A stretch of 64,000 nucleotides of DNA. Source: Novakomyces olei. Taxonomy: Eukaryota. The notes under the pieces are model-generated. The model saw nothing but the letters and a program-made list of their open reading frames with translations. It ran no database searches and was not told the DNA's origin. A program made the position numbers and the translations under genes. The stretch spans positions 930,001 through 994,000 of the forward strand of contig JADEYG010000002.1 of NCBI GenBank assembly GCA_016906335.1, given 5' to 3'. How positions within the stretch are numbered: the stretch's first letter is position 1; every line of letters starts with the position of its first letter. Below, one piece after another: positions 52,595 to 64,000 of the stretch.

Positions 52595-52776
52595 TTTTTA
52601 ATTATTATTATTGTTTATTAATTATTATTATTAATTATTGTTTATTAATTATTGTTTATTAATTATTAATTATTATTTATTAATTATTATTTATTATTTA
52701 TTATTTATTATTTATTATTTATTATTTATTATTTATTATTTATTATTTATTATTTATTATTTATTATTTATTATTA
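52595..52776. repeat. Nearly pure A/T low-complexity (TTATTATTTA..)n tract
   Basis: About 180 bp with only a few G and no C. Confidence 0.9.
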
Positions 52777-52832
52777 GTACACACGCGCAACAGCTTTGCA
52801 TTACAGACATGTTGCAAAATGCATAATTTAAA

Positions 52833-55800
52833 CTAAACATTATTTTCCACATAGTCTCGGGCTCGCTGCTTCACTCTTTCCACTGCTGCCGCATTGCCCA
52901 CATCCTTCTCCATACCAAGCCATTTTTTAAACAAAAACTTTGCCTTTTTCGAGCTTTGACGCATGGACAAAACGCGTTCAAACAGAGCACGCACATGGTC
53001 CAAATCGCCGGCTTTGCGTTCCATATCAATGTACACGCTCCACACGTCCAGTCGCCGAGGGTAATTATCAAGTAGGCCTTCAAAAATAGTACGACCACGC
53101 TCGGCATCGCCACCGGGACACTTGAACTCGAGCTCTGCAAATTTTTGTGTTGCCTGAACTTGCTCTGCCGGGCTTATGCACTGTAGAGCCCTCGCCAGTA
53201 GGGACCTGGCTGCTTCAGCACGGTCATTGTGCATCAAAAACTGGGCATACTGCACCCACAGTGCCAAGTTTTGATTGTGCTTTTTAACAACCTCGTTGAA
53301 AATGGCACAGGCCCGATCTAAATTGCCATTTCCCTGATATATTTGCACTAAATGCAGTTGAATTTTAATGTCATCGTTGTACTGAACAGCCCTGCGCACT
53401 ACGCCCGCCAGAGAGGCCTCAGTACCAAAGGAAGACTCCAAGTTCATCATTGCCATCCACACATTCAGCTTTTCCCGATCTGCCCTGTAACTGATTCCGG
53501 CCAGAGCACGTTCAAAGACTTGACGAGCTGCCTCTGCACCACCTTGGTCCAGTTTGAAGGAGGCAAACTGTATCCAAACCGCTGAGGAATCTGGTTCAGC
53601 GAGAAGCAGCCGTTCGAAATCAGCTTCGCTATGAGCCTCTCGTTCCTGCATTGCTGCAGTCTCGTCTACGTCTACTGATCCTTTAACCTCTTTACTATTG
53701 ACTGCTCCTCCCAATTTTACAGGCTCTTTGTCCTCTTCACTGCCGCTGCTCTTTACATCGGAATCGCTGCCGGTGCCAGACTCACTCTCCGGAACCCCTT
53801 CCCACTGGAAATTGCCGACTTTAAGAGCGGCACCGGGCCCTGAAGCCTTGCCTGCTCCATTACTAGTCTCGTCAAGCCGTCCTTTCAAGGATTCTGCCTC
53901 GGAAACTTGGTCAGAGTCGGACTGCTCTTCCGACTGAGACTCTTGCTCACTTGCCTCGCTGTCTTCTTCCTCGCTTTCCTCACTTTTGTCTCCGTTTTCC
54001 TCACTCTCGTCTCCGCTTTCCTCACTTTCGTCTTCATTTTTTTCACTCTCGTCTTCATTTTCTTCATTTTCCTCTCCGTTTTCTTGCTCATTTTCTTCAT
54101 CACTCTTTTCAAAATAAGACGGCTTCAGTCCCAGGGACACACGTCGACGTTCGCGATCAACTTTAAGCACTCGAGCTTTCACACGGTCGCCCACAGAATA
54201 AAACTTGCTAACGTCAATACGCTGATTAGCCAGTTCAGAGACATGGCAGAGCGCGTCTACCTCAGTGCCGTCTATACGAATAATCAAACCATAGTCCTCG
54301 ACTTTACGCACTTGTCCCTCCACTTTTTGTCCCTCTGCAATATCACCCAACCCCTTGTGGAAGGCTTCATCGCCTGCTGCGACTCTGGCATTTGACAAGA
54401 AGCTCATTTCTACCAGCCCGTCTTTTGCCCAGGTAATGCGGCCCTTGACTAACTGGCCAAGCACAAACTTGGACTTCCATTCCTTCACGTACCCGTCAAA
54501 AAGCTGAGAGATTTTGACACGGGCAGTTACACTGCGGCCAAGCGCAACGTACACGCCATGCTCAGAGATGTTTTTAATGTACCCTCGGTAAAGGGAGCCT
54601 ACCTGCACATCAGAAAACTCGTTAATTTCGGGGTCAGCGACTGTGACGGTGCTGTCTCCAATGTCTTGGGAATCTTTGGCAATCCTGGATGGACGGGTAG
54701 AGAGGAAAACTCGATGCTGTGCGGTATCAATGCCCACAACTGCCACTCGTGTTATATCCCCGGGCTTAAACTGATTCTGTGGCTCTGGCTTGTACTCGTC
54801 CGCCACGTCTGTTGGCACAATTTTGCCAAACACATCATCGCTCAGCTGTGCAATTACACCAGAAGGCATTATTTTTGTAACCCGTGCCAATCGCGATTCG
54901 CCGAGACGTAAATCAGAGGCATTTTGCAGAGCGTTTCTGTCATTGCCAAAGGACTCTGGAACCCGTACGAGTGACACATTGCCATTGCGCTCGTCCTTAC
55001 TGTGGACAATTGCCTCCACTACTGATCCAATAGGAAATGATTTCTGCAAGTCTCCAAGGACAGCAGCGTCGTCGCTGCACAGCTGTAAAGCGTTCATTCT
55101 GCCTCTCAGTGCCGGAGAAACACTGAGCCACACAAGTTCGTTTCCCACAATGTTATTGATGAAGCAGGTGTGCCTCGAGCCGAGACTGACATTGTCTATT
55201 GTAAGCAGTTCTGGAGCTGACTGCTGCAAGTGCTCACGAACCATACTGAGCTCATACACGATCCTTGTGCCCCGGCGATTCGTGATTGGCAGGAACCGAT
55301 GCGTCCTTGCATCATGGAACCCAACAATCTTGGCCTCCACTACCTGTCCCCTGTGGAACTGGGACAATGGAGCCCGCACATCTCTGATTGCACCAGCATC
55401 GGCAAATGCCAGTGTTGCATCAACCCTGCCCTGAATCCCGGGAGCAAGTTCAACGTTGAGCTGTGTGGCTTTTACACTTGTAACCTTGGCTCGGCAGCTG
55501 CTGCCGACCCGCAGATCAGTCTCACTGTTCAACGGCTGTTCTTTTGGTTCTTTTGCGTCGGAATTGATTGACCTGTCCGCCGACCGGTCGGCATCATCTG
55601 TATCATTTTGCAGGCTCAATGAAAGCGAGATCTGTTGCTTTTGCGAGTCGAGTCCGATGATCCGGCAAGTAACCGATTGGAAAGGCGAAAATATTGTTGC
55701 TGGAGCAGCCGCATAGCTCGAGGCCAGATCTTTTTTCAGAGCGAGTCCAACAAGACCATTGGAAAACTCTACAAAGACTCCGAAATCAGTGACATTCCGT

Positions 55801-58073
55801 ACAAATCCATGCGCAATACTGCCCGTGGTCAGTGTATCAAAGGCAGAGGGTAAAGTGTTCTCGGCACAGGCTTGTATTAATGATTTTTTCAGGGACAAAA
55901 CTAGCGTTTCCTGTCGCAAATTGCGACCTAAAACTACTGCTTTTTTTATATATTTTCCAACATGTAGCCGGGTGAAAAGTTGCTGGCACCGATCTATGCC
56001 GTCATCGCTCATTTGGCCCAGCGAAAGCGTCGCACGGCACCCATCGAACCCGGGTCCGCCGCCTTCTATGGTCACTGTACAATTCGTCGTGCCAATCTCG
56101 GCTACTCTGCCGGCTACTAAATGGGGCAGGGTTACACTGGCAAATGAAGTCTGCTCTGCTTGGGTAATCGACCTCTGCTCTCGGCAGCTGAATGTTATCC
56201 GCCTGGCCTCGGCATCGACGGCAACGAGTCGCACTGAGATTGTTTGGCCAACATGGAAATGATCTGTGGCCTTCTGTATGAAAGCCTCACTCATTTCTCC
56301 CACTGGCAGGAACCCTTTGACGCTGTTGAAACATTCAATGACTGCTCCAGCATCAGTGACCTTGACTATTGTTCCCTGAAATTTAGTGCCACTGGCAATA
56401 TCACTATCGCGGCCTTCAAAGCTGTCCAAAATAGCGGCGTCTGAATTGACCAGTGTCTTTTTGCAGGTCAATGTTAGAGAGTGACGGTTCAGATTGGCGC
56501 TTAAAACGCGACATTTCACTTGCAGACCTTCACGAAACTTCTTTTCCGGATTGACCAGTTGAACATCAGATAGCTGAATTAAAGGAACAAATCCGCGTAA
56601 ATTGCCCTCCACTTCAATTTCGCACCCAATCCCGGGAATCAGCTTTTTAACCTGGCCAGTTACGACTTGGCCAACGGGTACATCTTCAATACGAATATAC
56701 CGTTGCGCCAGAACGTCTGGCTCTAGTGTCACCTGATACAAATGATCCAGAGGCGAATAGGAAAGGATTCGACAACGGTGCACGGAGCCTTCTTTGAACA
56801 ATTTTAGAGCCTTTTCCGTTGACAAATCTGTTCGCTCTGCACCGAGACGGGACACATGTGCAAAGGCCCGTGGCGCCCTGGCCGCCAGTTCAAAGAACAC
56901 ACCATTCGCAGGATTAACACTCTGCACTTTGGCATTATCCAGGATGAAACCAATGGGGAAAGCCTCTGCTGAAGCTTCCACAGCAGCTTTGGGCAAAACG
57001 ACTGACTTGAGCAGAGAGACTTGGAACACGGGTGGGTCAAACGCAGTTTGGACCCTAATAATTCGAGCATCCACGACTTGGCCAGGCCTGAAAAGATCAG
57101 GTAGCTGTTTGCCCATTGGCACTTGAACATGAAAGACGTCACAAAAGCCATCCACTAGACCAAAGATTTTGCCTACTATTCCATTGCTGCGCACTTGTGT
57201 TACTAAGAACGATACACGGTTGCCCGGTAAAACGGCCCGAACATCCCCGACTTTGGATAGCACTTCATTACCATCAAAGGGTTTGAGAGCGAGTGTACGA
57301 GCGCCAGGGCTCTCTTTGTCGCATACGAAAAGGTAGGAGGCTCCTTCCTTCAAAATCCCTAGATCTTTACGAATAAACCCAGTTAAAGACTCCATGCCTA
57401 TATCTACTATAGCGCCGTGCTCTTCAATTTCTTTGATAGTCCCCATAATAATCATGCCACGACGAACAGATTCCGTATCGAGAGCACGATTCGTGAGCTG
57501 AGGAAGTGCAGATACTTCGATATGCTTCCGTTTGACCCGTTCAACCTGTGTGACTGCGACTCTGATCCATTGGCCAACGGTATACATCTCCGTCAGCGAT
57601 GGGATATCCACGTCCATATCATCCACCAGCTCCAGCTGCGTCAGACGGTCCTTGAGCTGCTGTGAAATATTGGTAATAGGTAGGTAAGCTTGCAGAGAGT
57701 CGGGCAACGACACTACCAACTCGTCGTCTTTTACTTGCGTAATCTGCGCCAGTGCTACTGTGCTTGTGGAGACCGATTTCATGGTCAAAGACGCAATACG
57801 GACATGCTGGTCTTCGTCATTGTCCTCTTTTAATTTTTTGGTCTTGTGTCCATGCTTTGTTTTAGTCTCCTTTTGCTGTTTTGCTTTTCTTTTGGCTCCT
57901 ACAGAGAAAAGCCCTTCGCCAGTTTCGTTGGCCTTTTCTGTGCCATCTTGCTCTGCATCTGCCCGCGCTTCCGCCACGATCTGTTTATACTCCAGCGGTG
58001 TGATCGAAGTACCACCCCCACGAGGAAAATCAGCTTCTTCCACGGCTCTCCGCCGTTTTGTCGCTGATGACAT
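52833..58073 (-). CDS. RRP5: rRNA biogenesis protein Rrp5
   Basis: FPRGG N-terminus, tandem S1 domains, acidic linker, C-terminal HAT repeats (DFERLLLAEPDSS.VWI, ERGRTIFEGLL). Confidence 0.97.
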   Translation of the reverse strand: MSSATKRRRAVEEADFPRGGGTSITPLEYKQIVAEARADAEQDGTEKANETGEGLFSVGAKRKAKQQKETKTKHGHKTKKLKEDNDEDQHVRIASLTMKSVSTSTVALAQITQVKDDELVVSLPDSLQAYLPITNISQQLKDRLTQLELVDDMDVDIPSLTEMYTVGQWIRVAVTQVERVKRKHIEVSALPQLTNRALDTESVRRGMIIMGTIKEIEEHGAIVDIGMESLTGFIRKDLGILKEGASYLFVCDKESPGARTLALKPFDGNEVLSKVGDVRAVLPGNRVSFLVTQVRSNGIVGKIFGLVDGFCDVFHVQVPMGKQLPDLFRPGQVVDARIIRVQTAFDPPVFQVSLLKSVVLPKAAVEASAEAFPIGFILDNAKVQSVNPANGVFFELAARAPRAFAHVSRLGAERTDLSTEKALKLFKEGSVHRCRILSYSPLDHLYQVTLEPDVLAQRYIRIEDVPVGQVVTGQVKKLIPGIGCEIEVEGNLRGFVPLIQLSDVQLVNPEKKFREGLQVKCRVLSANLNRHSLTLTCKKTLVNSDAAILDSFEGRDSDIASGTKFQGTIVKVTDAGAVIECFNSVKGFLPVGEMSEAFIQKATDHFHVGQTISVRLVAVDAEARRITFSCREQRSITQAEQTSFASVTLPHLVAGRVAEIGTTNCTVTIEGGGPGFDGCRATLSLGQMSDDGIDRCQQLFTRLHVGKYIKKAVVLGRNLRQETLVLSLKKSLIQACAENTLPSAFDTLTTGSIAHGFVRNVTDFGVFVEFSNGLVGLALKKDLASSYAAAPATIFSPFQSVTCRIIGLDSQKQQISLSLSLQNDTDDADRSADRSINSDAKEPKEQPLNSETDLRVGSSCRAKVTSVKATQLNVELAPGIQGRVDATLAFADAGAIRDVRAPLSQFHRGQVVEAKIVGFHDARTHRFLPITNRRGTRIVYELSMVREHLQQSAPELLTIDNVSLGSRHTCFINNIVGNELVWLSVSPALRGRMNALQLCSDDAAVLGDLQKSFPIGSVVEAIVHSKDERNGNVSLVRVPESFGNDRNALQNASDLRLGESRLARVTKIMPSGVIAQLSDDVFGKIVPTDVADEYKPEPQNQFKPGDITRVAVVGIDTAQHRVFLSTRPSRIAKDSQDIGDSTVTVADPEINEFSDVQVGSLYRGYIKNISEHGVYVALGRSVTARVKISQLFDGYVKEWKSKFVLGQLVKGRITWAKDGLVEMSFLSNARVAAGDEAFHKGLGDIAEGQKVEGQVRKVEDYGLIIRIDGTEVDALCHVSELANQRIDVSKFYSVGDRVKARVLKVDRERRRVSLGLKPSYFEKSDEENEQENGEENEENEDESEKNEDESEESGDESEENGDKSEESEEEDSEASEQESQSEEQSDSDQVSEAESLKGRLDETSNGAGKASGPGAALKVGNFQWEGVPESESGTGSDSDVKSSGSEEDKEPVKLGGAVNSKEVKGSVDVDETAAMQEREAHSEADFERLLLAEPDSSAVWIQFASFKLDQGGAEAARQVFERALAGISYRADREKLNVWMAMMNLESSFGTEASLAGVVRRAVQYNDDIKIQLHLVQIYQGNGNLDRACAIFNEVVKKHNQNLALWVQYAQFLMHNDRAEAARSLLARALQCISPAEQVQATQKFAELEFKCPGGDAERGRTIFEGLLDNYPRRLDVWSVYIDMERKAGDLDHVRALFERVLSMRQSSKKAKFLFKKWLGMEKDVGNAAAVERVKQRARDYVENNV

Positions 58074-58965
58074 TGTAAAGTCTGCTTTTTTGCGCAGGGC
58101 AATTAGCGAAACAACTTTTTTTTTTATCGTGCTCTGCTAATTTTTCTTTATCTAGAATTATTTACCAGCAAATTTTTAATAGTATTTCTTTTCATTATTA
58201 TTATGACAGTTATTAAACTGGGCCTGATTTGGCCATCTATTCGCTTGGTATTATTTTCATTTATTTGCCTTGATATTATTTTCATTATATTTATTCTCAT
58301 ATCTTTGCACAATAGCATGTTGCTCCAAGTCGTGAAATTTGTGAGGTGTAGAAAGTAAATGTGCAGAGCAAACTAACAAACGAACCGTCAAGTTATATGG
58401 CTGTAAATAAACAGGCTAAATCTCTGCATTGCCGCGAATTGCACACTATTGTTTTCACGTATATGACCAAACCTAATCTAGTACAGTAAAGCTATTTTTG
58501 TCGACTGAATGTGTATATTTGAGACCCATATTGTTTGCAGCTCTTTTTTTCTGCAGAAAATATACAAATCAAGACTGATGTAGTCTAGAGCCTTGGACAA
58601 TTGGATATCATTAAGGTGGCAATCTGTCTTTCCATTAATTCCGACAATTTACATGCTTATACATCATTGATTTTTCAATAAATATTGCACAAGCATCTGT
58701 GTATAGGAGTCTTGTTCGCTAAATAGACAGCTATTAACAAATACGAATTTAGCAAAATGAAATTACAAAATCGCTACAATGTCAGCAATGTCAGTCTTCT
58801 ACGCTTTTCTTTAATACGAAACCTTGCACCTTTTTCCCTTGCTCATCAATAGCAGATAAGCAGCTGTGCATTAAATAGACGCCTGTGGAGTTATATACTC
58901 CGGACACGAACAACTCAAGAGCGATTAGCCTGTTGCGTCTAATCAGCTTCGGCTCATGATAACAG

Positions 58966-59081
58966 TAGGGTTAGGGTTATAATTCATGTTATTTTAATCA
59001 GCTTATTATTGTTCCATATATATCTCTACCATTGAAACACGTAAGCAATTAATTCTTAATGCAAAGTCACGTGCCACGCGT
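58966..59081. promoter_or_regulatory. cdt2 promoter: TAGGGTTAGGGTTA, E-box GTCACGTG and MCB ACGCGT
   Basis: Motifs at 58966-58979, 59066-59073 and 59076-59081. Confidence 0.55.
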
Positions 59082-59159
59082 TAGAACACGTAAATATATA
59101 GAGAAGAATTAATTGTCTCTCACGAAGCACAGTCCGGGCACGTTCAATCGGGCTGCATA

Positions 59160-60788
59160 ATGCTGTCGAGCAGTCCGCTTCGCGACGTGACAAATGAGGC
59201 TGCAAACGGTTCGCTGCCGACGCCTGCTACTTCGCCGGCGGGAGTGGCCGATGCGACAGCGTGGCCTTCGCCCTTTAAGCGAACAAAGCTATGGCACGAT
59301 CAGAGCCTTAAAGCACCAAAACGACCAAACCTTCTATCAGGCAGCCAAAAGGAGCCACCACGCCTGCTCCGGTCAGCTAATATTGAGCTTGTCAGTAGAA
59401 TACACAACAGATCAATCCTGCCGGCGTACGGCAACCGAAGCTTAATATCTGGTTATGCCGGAGCTAATTTGCGCTGCCTGCTAAACGCCAAAAACAGTAT
59501 TTCCGTCTGTCAAATACGTGGCATTAAAGACTTTACTGCCGCTTGGGCAAATGGTACGTTGATAACTGAATATTAGCGTTTCTAGTACTTAACCATAACC
59601 CTAGACGCTCCCCTGATTGCTTCGTCTGGCAACACTGGGACAATTACAATGATGCGATATCGCGATGATACCCAAAGCTCTGGTCGCACGAGTATGCGTT
59701 CTTTCTCTGTTCAAAAAACCTAACTAATAGTCCAAATATTACATCGCCTAGAGGCGCATAGCAACTGTGTATTCGATGTACAATGGTCTCCGGATAACGC
59801 CTTGCTCGCCACTGCATCGGGAGACGGTACATCGAAAATATTTGATACAGCCTCGATCGAGTCTGGCGAGCCGTTAACGACATTAAGGTATAACGGCGCA
59901 GGCACAATAAAGCAAGCCCGTTTCTACGGACGAGGTGGGTAGTGGTCGCTACGTTTAGGGAATTACGGCTAATAGTACTAGACATGCTTTGTACGTGCTG
60001 CCGTGCTGGGCGTATAATGATTTGGGATCTGCGGACGGCCGCTCGTGAAACGAATAAGCCTGTTATCGAGTTTGACGCGTACTCTGACAATCGTCGTGGA
60101 GCGTACAAGCGATACACTCCCACCTCAATTACCGCACTGCAAGTGGTAAACGACATATCGTTTGCTACTGCCTCTGATTCCTCCTCGTAAGTTTCACTTT
60201 ATATTAAACAAGCGGCTAACTATTCAAAACAGCGAGATAAAGGTGTGGGACACACGCAAAATCAGGAAACGGCCCAAGCCAGTTTCCAGTAGCAAACCGG
60301 AGACAGGCGCAGGAACGGCAGTGACCGCGCTGTGCTTGTCTAGCGATAAGGCACGTATCTATTCCCTACACGTGAACGGAAGGTAAAACAGTTTCAATAA
60401 AGGAGATTTCCAAAAAGCAAAAAATATAAACATAGACTCGAAAACCCACATGTCCTGACCTACTAGTCTCAAATCATACACGTCTGACTGTTTGGAGCGC
60501 GGGGTGATTATGAACGAAAAAGTTTTGCCTCGTTCCGGGTTTCATGTGGGAATTTCTGCCAGCCCAGACGAGGATATTGTTGCAGTCGGTGGCTCGACTA
60601 CGGGAGCATTACATATTGTTGATGCAAGGGACAGGTACAATTGTCTTCCTCGTCCCCGATACAATCCATGGAAGAATCCATTGATTCTGGACGGCTACCA
60701 AACAGAAGAGATAACGTCTGTTGACTGGTCGAGGTACGGACTACTTTCTGCTAGTGACGATTCCAGTTTGTCTGTGTTCAAGTTTTAG
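59160..60788 (+). CDS. cdt2: WD40 protein Cdt2/DTL (CRL4 substrate receptor), multi-exon
   Basis: AHSNCVFDVQWS..LATASGDGT, IMIWDLR, IKVWDTRK, ITSVDWS...SASDD; MCB box upstream. Confidence 0.75.
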
Positions 60789-61048
60789 GAGAGGTCACCT
60801 ATAAAAATAAAATAATTAGATTTAGCTACAATTATAATTAGTCTGTTTTATAATTTGTTTTAACTAGAATTAATTCACAGTAAATTTATTTAATATTTCT
60901 TGACATTAATTTGATATTTCTAAATATTAAATTAATATTTATTTAATGTTTATCCAATTAATGCGAACCCGAAGGATTGCGATCTGTTATGTATGCGAAC
61001 CCACAAGGCTCGTGAACCGATCAATCAGGTTCCGTGTGGTCGGCAAAG

Positions 61049-63002
61049 ATGAGCCAATTTCAAGCAAAAAATATTGTAAATAATGCATTCGTCTATCCCT
61101 GGACAAAATGGACCGAGTTTGCGCGGGTTAGCGAAGCGGTTAACCCGTCGGCGCACGCGGCACTCGACGAAATTCGCGGGGCGCTGTCTCAAGTAAGAAG
61201 CATATCTGCATACTTTCCAACTCACTCTTTAGCTTTTCGTTTTTATTCATTGCCTTTGCTATTGCCTTTGCTATTGCCTTTGCTATTGCCTTTGCTATTG
61301 CCTTTGCTATTGCCTTTGCTATTGCCTTTGCTATTACATTTCGCTGCTTGCCAGTTGCTTTTGTATCGACTAGTTAACACGGCAGATCGAGGTATGGCGA
61401 ACGCGCGACAGGCTACCGTTTGCGATCGAGGCCACAGCGCTTTTATTGGCCGCAAGATTTCACGATAGCCGGGACGCGTCAGGTACAGCATTAGATAATT
61501 GCTTGGCTTTGAGTATGGCTATTGTCCGATTCGTTTCTGGCATCATTGATCCTTTGCAACAAGGGCGCCATGCCATCAGTATGTACAAACTGGCTGCACA
61601 AATTTCATTGCCAGTAAGGCTCGTTGATTTGCGGCACTGGATTGTGCACGAATCGTCATTGCCGGACCTGGAGATTTTACGCGACTGCTGTGCCCTGTCT
61701 CTCCAGTACCTTTACGACAATTTTTGGTGCATTAATTGTGATCGGCTTAGGGAGGAAGCGACGACTCTGACGGAAATTCGAGAAATTAATTCCGAGACTG
61801 CAACTAAGGACAAAGGCTCTGGCGCAGTCGGGGAAGAGGACCAGACCGTTTCTGCATCTAGCCAGAATGCTGATGTAAAGGCGGAATTGCAAGGCCACGT
61901 CACTAGATGGAAAAAGTTTCGGAAACTTGGTCCGTTTGGCGGCTCCTTTGACAATACCCAGAATTCTGCATATGATAGGGTAAAGAAGAGTATAATCTCA
62001 GATCTGCAAAGAGCAATTGAGGCCTCTGAGAATGGATACAATGACTTTGTGCAGGCCTTGCATGAAACGTTTTTCCAAAGACCATGTACAAGCAAAAGAA
62101 AGAGCGAGCTTTCTATCCTTTTAGATGGACTAAATGAGCAAAGTATGTCTTTTCCGCAAAGGATTGCTCCCAAAATACTCGAGCATCTAACACGACCAAA
62201 TCAATCCGCCAAGACGTATGAAGAAGGGTCTGGAGCACACGACCTGGAGCAATTTAGCTTGTCATTACAATGGCTGGATGCCCTTTTGTCTACCAATAAT
62301 CAAGATTCATTTACGAGTGCCGTCAAGGGCTGGAAAACGACAGACATGCTGGAACGCTTGGACAAATTGATTAGTCAGACTGAGCAAACCGACGACCTTT
62401 CTCCGTCCATTCACAGTCTTGTTGAAACTCTGTTTCGGCATAGGCCACAAGAAGGGAGCAATATTCCTTCTAATAAATCGCCAGACTCTGACTTGGAATC
62501 CACTACTCGACTGGTTGGGGGCAACGATGTGGAAATGCCCGATATTGCTAATGGAGCGCTTCTTGAGCGGGTCATGCAGGAGGCGGATGTAATACTAGAC
62601 CAGCTTCCATCACTGGACGAGCCTGTATCTAAAAGCATAAATATTGATCAGCATGCCATTAATGCTCTTGAAACGGATTTACTTGAGATGGAAAGGGCGG
62701 CAGCAAAGGTACAGGCCACAGACAGAGACCAGTCGATTGAAGCGAGCCGGGCAGACAAAACCAGTGCCACGCAATTGACGCCTGTCACTAGTGGTCGGGA
62801 AGAGAATGCATCTATAAACACGGGCCATCAAGAGGGATCTATTTTAAAAGCAGATCAGAGCCATTCTCCATCCAGCAGCGCAGCTGACAAAGCACCAAAA
62901 GACTACATTTACCGTGCAGTGGCTGAGGCAATGCCTTGGCAAGTACTGAGTGGAAAAATGCTACAAAATATACCGATAGGCGCTTTTGTAACTAACGAAT
63001 AG
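61049..63002 (+). CDS. LAS1: Las1 pre-rRNA ITS2 endonuclease (HEPN), 2 exons
   Basis: PW....F..V, WRTRDRLPFAIEATA, MAIVRFVSGIIDPLQ, LVDLRHWIVH (RHxxxH). Confidence 0.9.
61249..61335. repeat. 12-bp (ATTGCCTTTGCT)x7 repeat in the LAS1 intron
   Basis: Seven perfect units. Confidence 0.95.
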
Positions 63003-63124
63003 GATATGTATGACTCTATATATATAGAATAAACACATACACAAAGACCGTGTAAACTAAATGTAGAGTGCGTATACAAAATGCTTTTATTACTAGGAAT
63101 TCAGACCGGGAACCATCCCGATAT

Positions 63125-63526
63125 TTACTCCTGGGTGCGGACCTTGGCCGCGGCATTAGTGACCTTGACGTTAAGCTTGCGTGCCTTTTCAAGAATGGCT
63201 ACGCGCTTCCGTGAGGAAACGTTGTGTGCAATCTCAGCAGCATAAATGTCGTTGTGCATGAGGAGCAGATCGATCTCGCCGACGTTGCGGATAAGAATCT
63301 TCTTGTACCCAGAAGGAAGCATGTGCCGGGTCTTCTTGTTCGAGCCGTAGCCGATGCTGGGCATAGGGATGTTTGACTTGAACCGTCGACGGACGCGGTT
63401 ATCGATACCCTTGGGCTTGCGCCATGACTCGCCAACGCGCTTAAAGCGATCCGATTGAAAGCGCTTGAAGGCCTTTGTGCGCTTTTTAATAATCGGCGGG
63501 TGCGACTTTGCAGTTACGGCCGCCAT
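63125..63526 (-). CDS. RPL32: 60S ribosomal protein L32 (eL32)
   Basis: [38 protein letters not shown]. Confidence 0.99.
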   Translation of the reverse strand: MAAVTAKSHPPIIKKRTKAFKRFQSDRFKRVGESWRKPKGIDNRVRRRFKSNIPMPSIGYGSNKKTRHMLPSGYKKILIRNVGEIDLLLMHNDIYAAEIAHNVSSRKRVAILEKARKLNVKVTNAAAKVRTQE

Positions 63527-63611
63527 CTTGGATGAGACCGTGTTGATGAATATTGATTGGCAAAGGTGTTGTGTGCCAGTGTTGATACTTGCTAGTTAGT
63601 CTTAGTGTTGG

Positions 63612-63630
63612 CAGTCACGTACCCTACCCT
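63612..63630 (-). promoter_or_regulatory. Homol E (AGGGTAGGGT) + Homol D (CGTGACTG) ribosomal-protein promoter module
   Basis: Minus strand reads AGGGTAGGGT-A-CGTGACTG, 86 bp upstream of the RPL32 ATG. Confidence 0.85.
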
Positions 63631-64000
63631 AATACAATAAATTATAATATATTTGTGTATCTGCGTGTAAGCATCAAACGACATACGTCTACTTGGCAGC
63701 GCTCCAAGGAATATTCTTCCCATTTATACTATTCGTCAAGTAACCAACTAAACATATCATACATAGTGGAACGGGGCCCGTGCCGATATTATCAACATTT
63801 ATCTCGAGCTGCATTACTGGCGCATTGTAGAAACTCTGTCGTTGCACGGCCCCTGCAAATCATAATTCAATATGAAATCAAGTCTATATTGACCCCACAA
63901 TTAAGGGTCTTTGCAGCGCGGCAATTACGAATATACATTGAAGAAAGACGCCTAATCCCCAAACCTACTAGATCTAATGCGAAAAAAGAAACTCTGATTA

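Noticed and set aside
52638-52826. ORFs with YLFI/IIYYLLF/LLLP repeats (also 24506-24832, 51209-51551, 61243-61491)
   Set aside because: Translations of microsatellites in introns or intergenic DNA.
63848-63857. GGCCCCTGCA resembling part of U6 snRNA
   Set aside because: No ACAGAGA box or other U6 sequence flanks it.

Overview
Gene-dense, intron-rich fungal (ascomycete) nuclear DNA with about 24 protein-coding genes, almost all housekeeping. They are CPS1-like peptidase, TFB2, Aquarius/Cwf11, THOC1/Hpr1, ERCC1/Swi10, Bax-inhibitor family, Mcp1-like, PPIL1, TAL1, Bir1, PDB1, ZUO1, ATR/Rad3, ISN1, a PPR-like orphan, a DHA1 MFS transporter, SKI2, OSCA/TMEM63, an SDR, Swi3/Csm3, RRP5, Cdt2, Las1 and RPL32. 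Aquarius, PPIL1, Cdt2, very short introns and a Homol D/Homol E promoter point to a non-Saccharomycetaceae yeast-like fungus (Taphrinomycotina-like or early-diverging; this is inference). No prokaryotic system, CRISPR array or transposon was seen. The most interesting signals are non-coding: (i) a recurrent telomere-like TTAGGG motif, often with 10-bp period, in many promoters; (ii) a fission-yeast-type Homol E+Homol D module at RPL32; (iii) MCB boxes in front of three replication/checkpoint genes; (iv) two candidate structured ncRNAs; (v) unusual 3' splice-site choice; (vi) many intronic and intergenic micro/minisatellites. The Aquarius helicase also looks catalytically degenerate. Exon boundaries were read by eye and are approximate.
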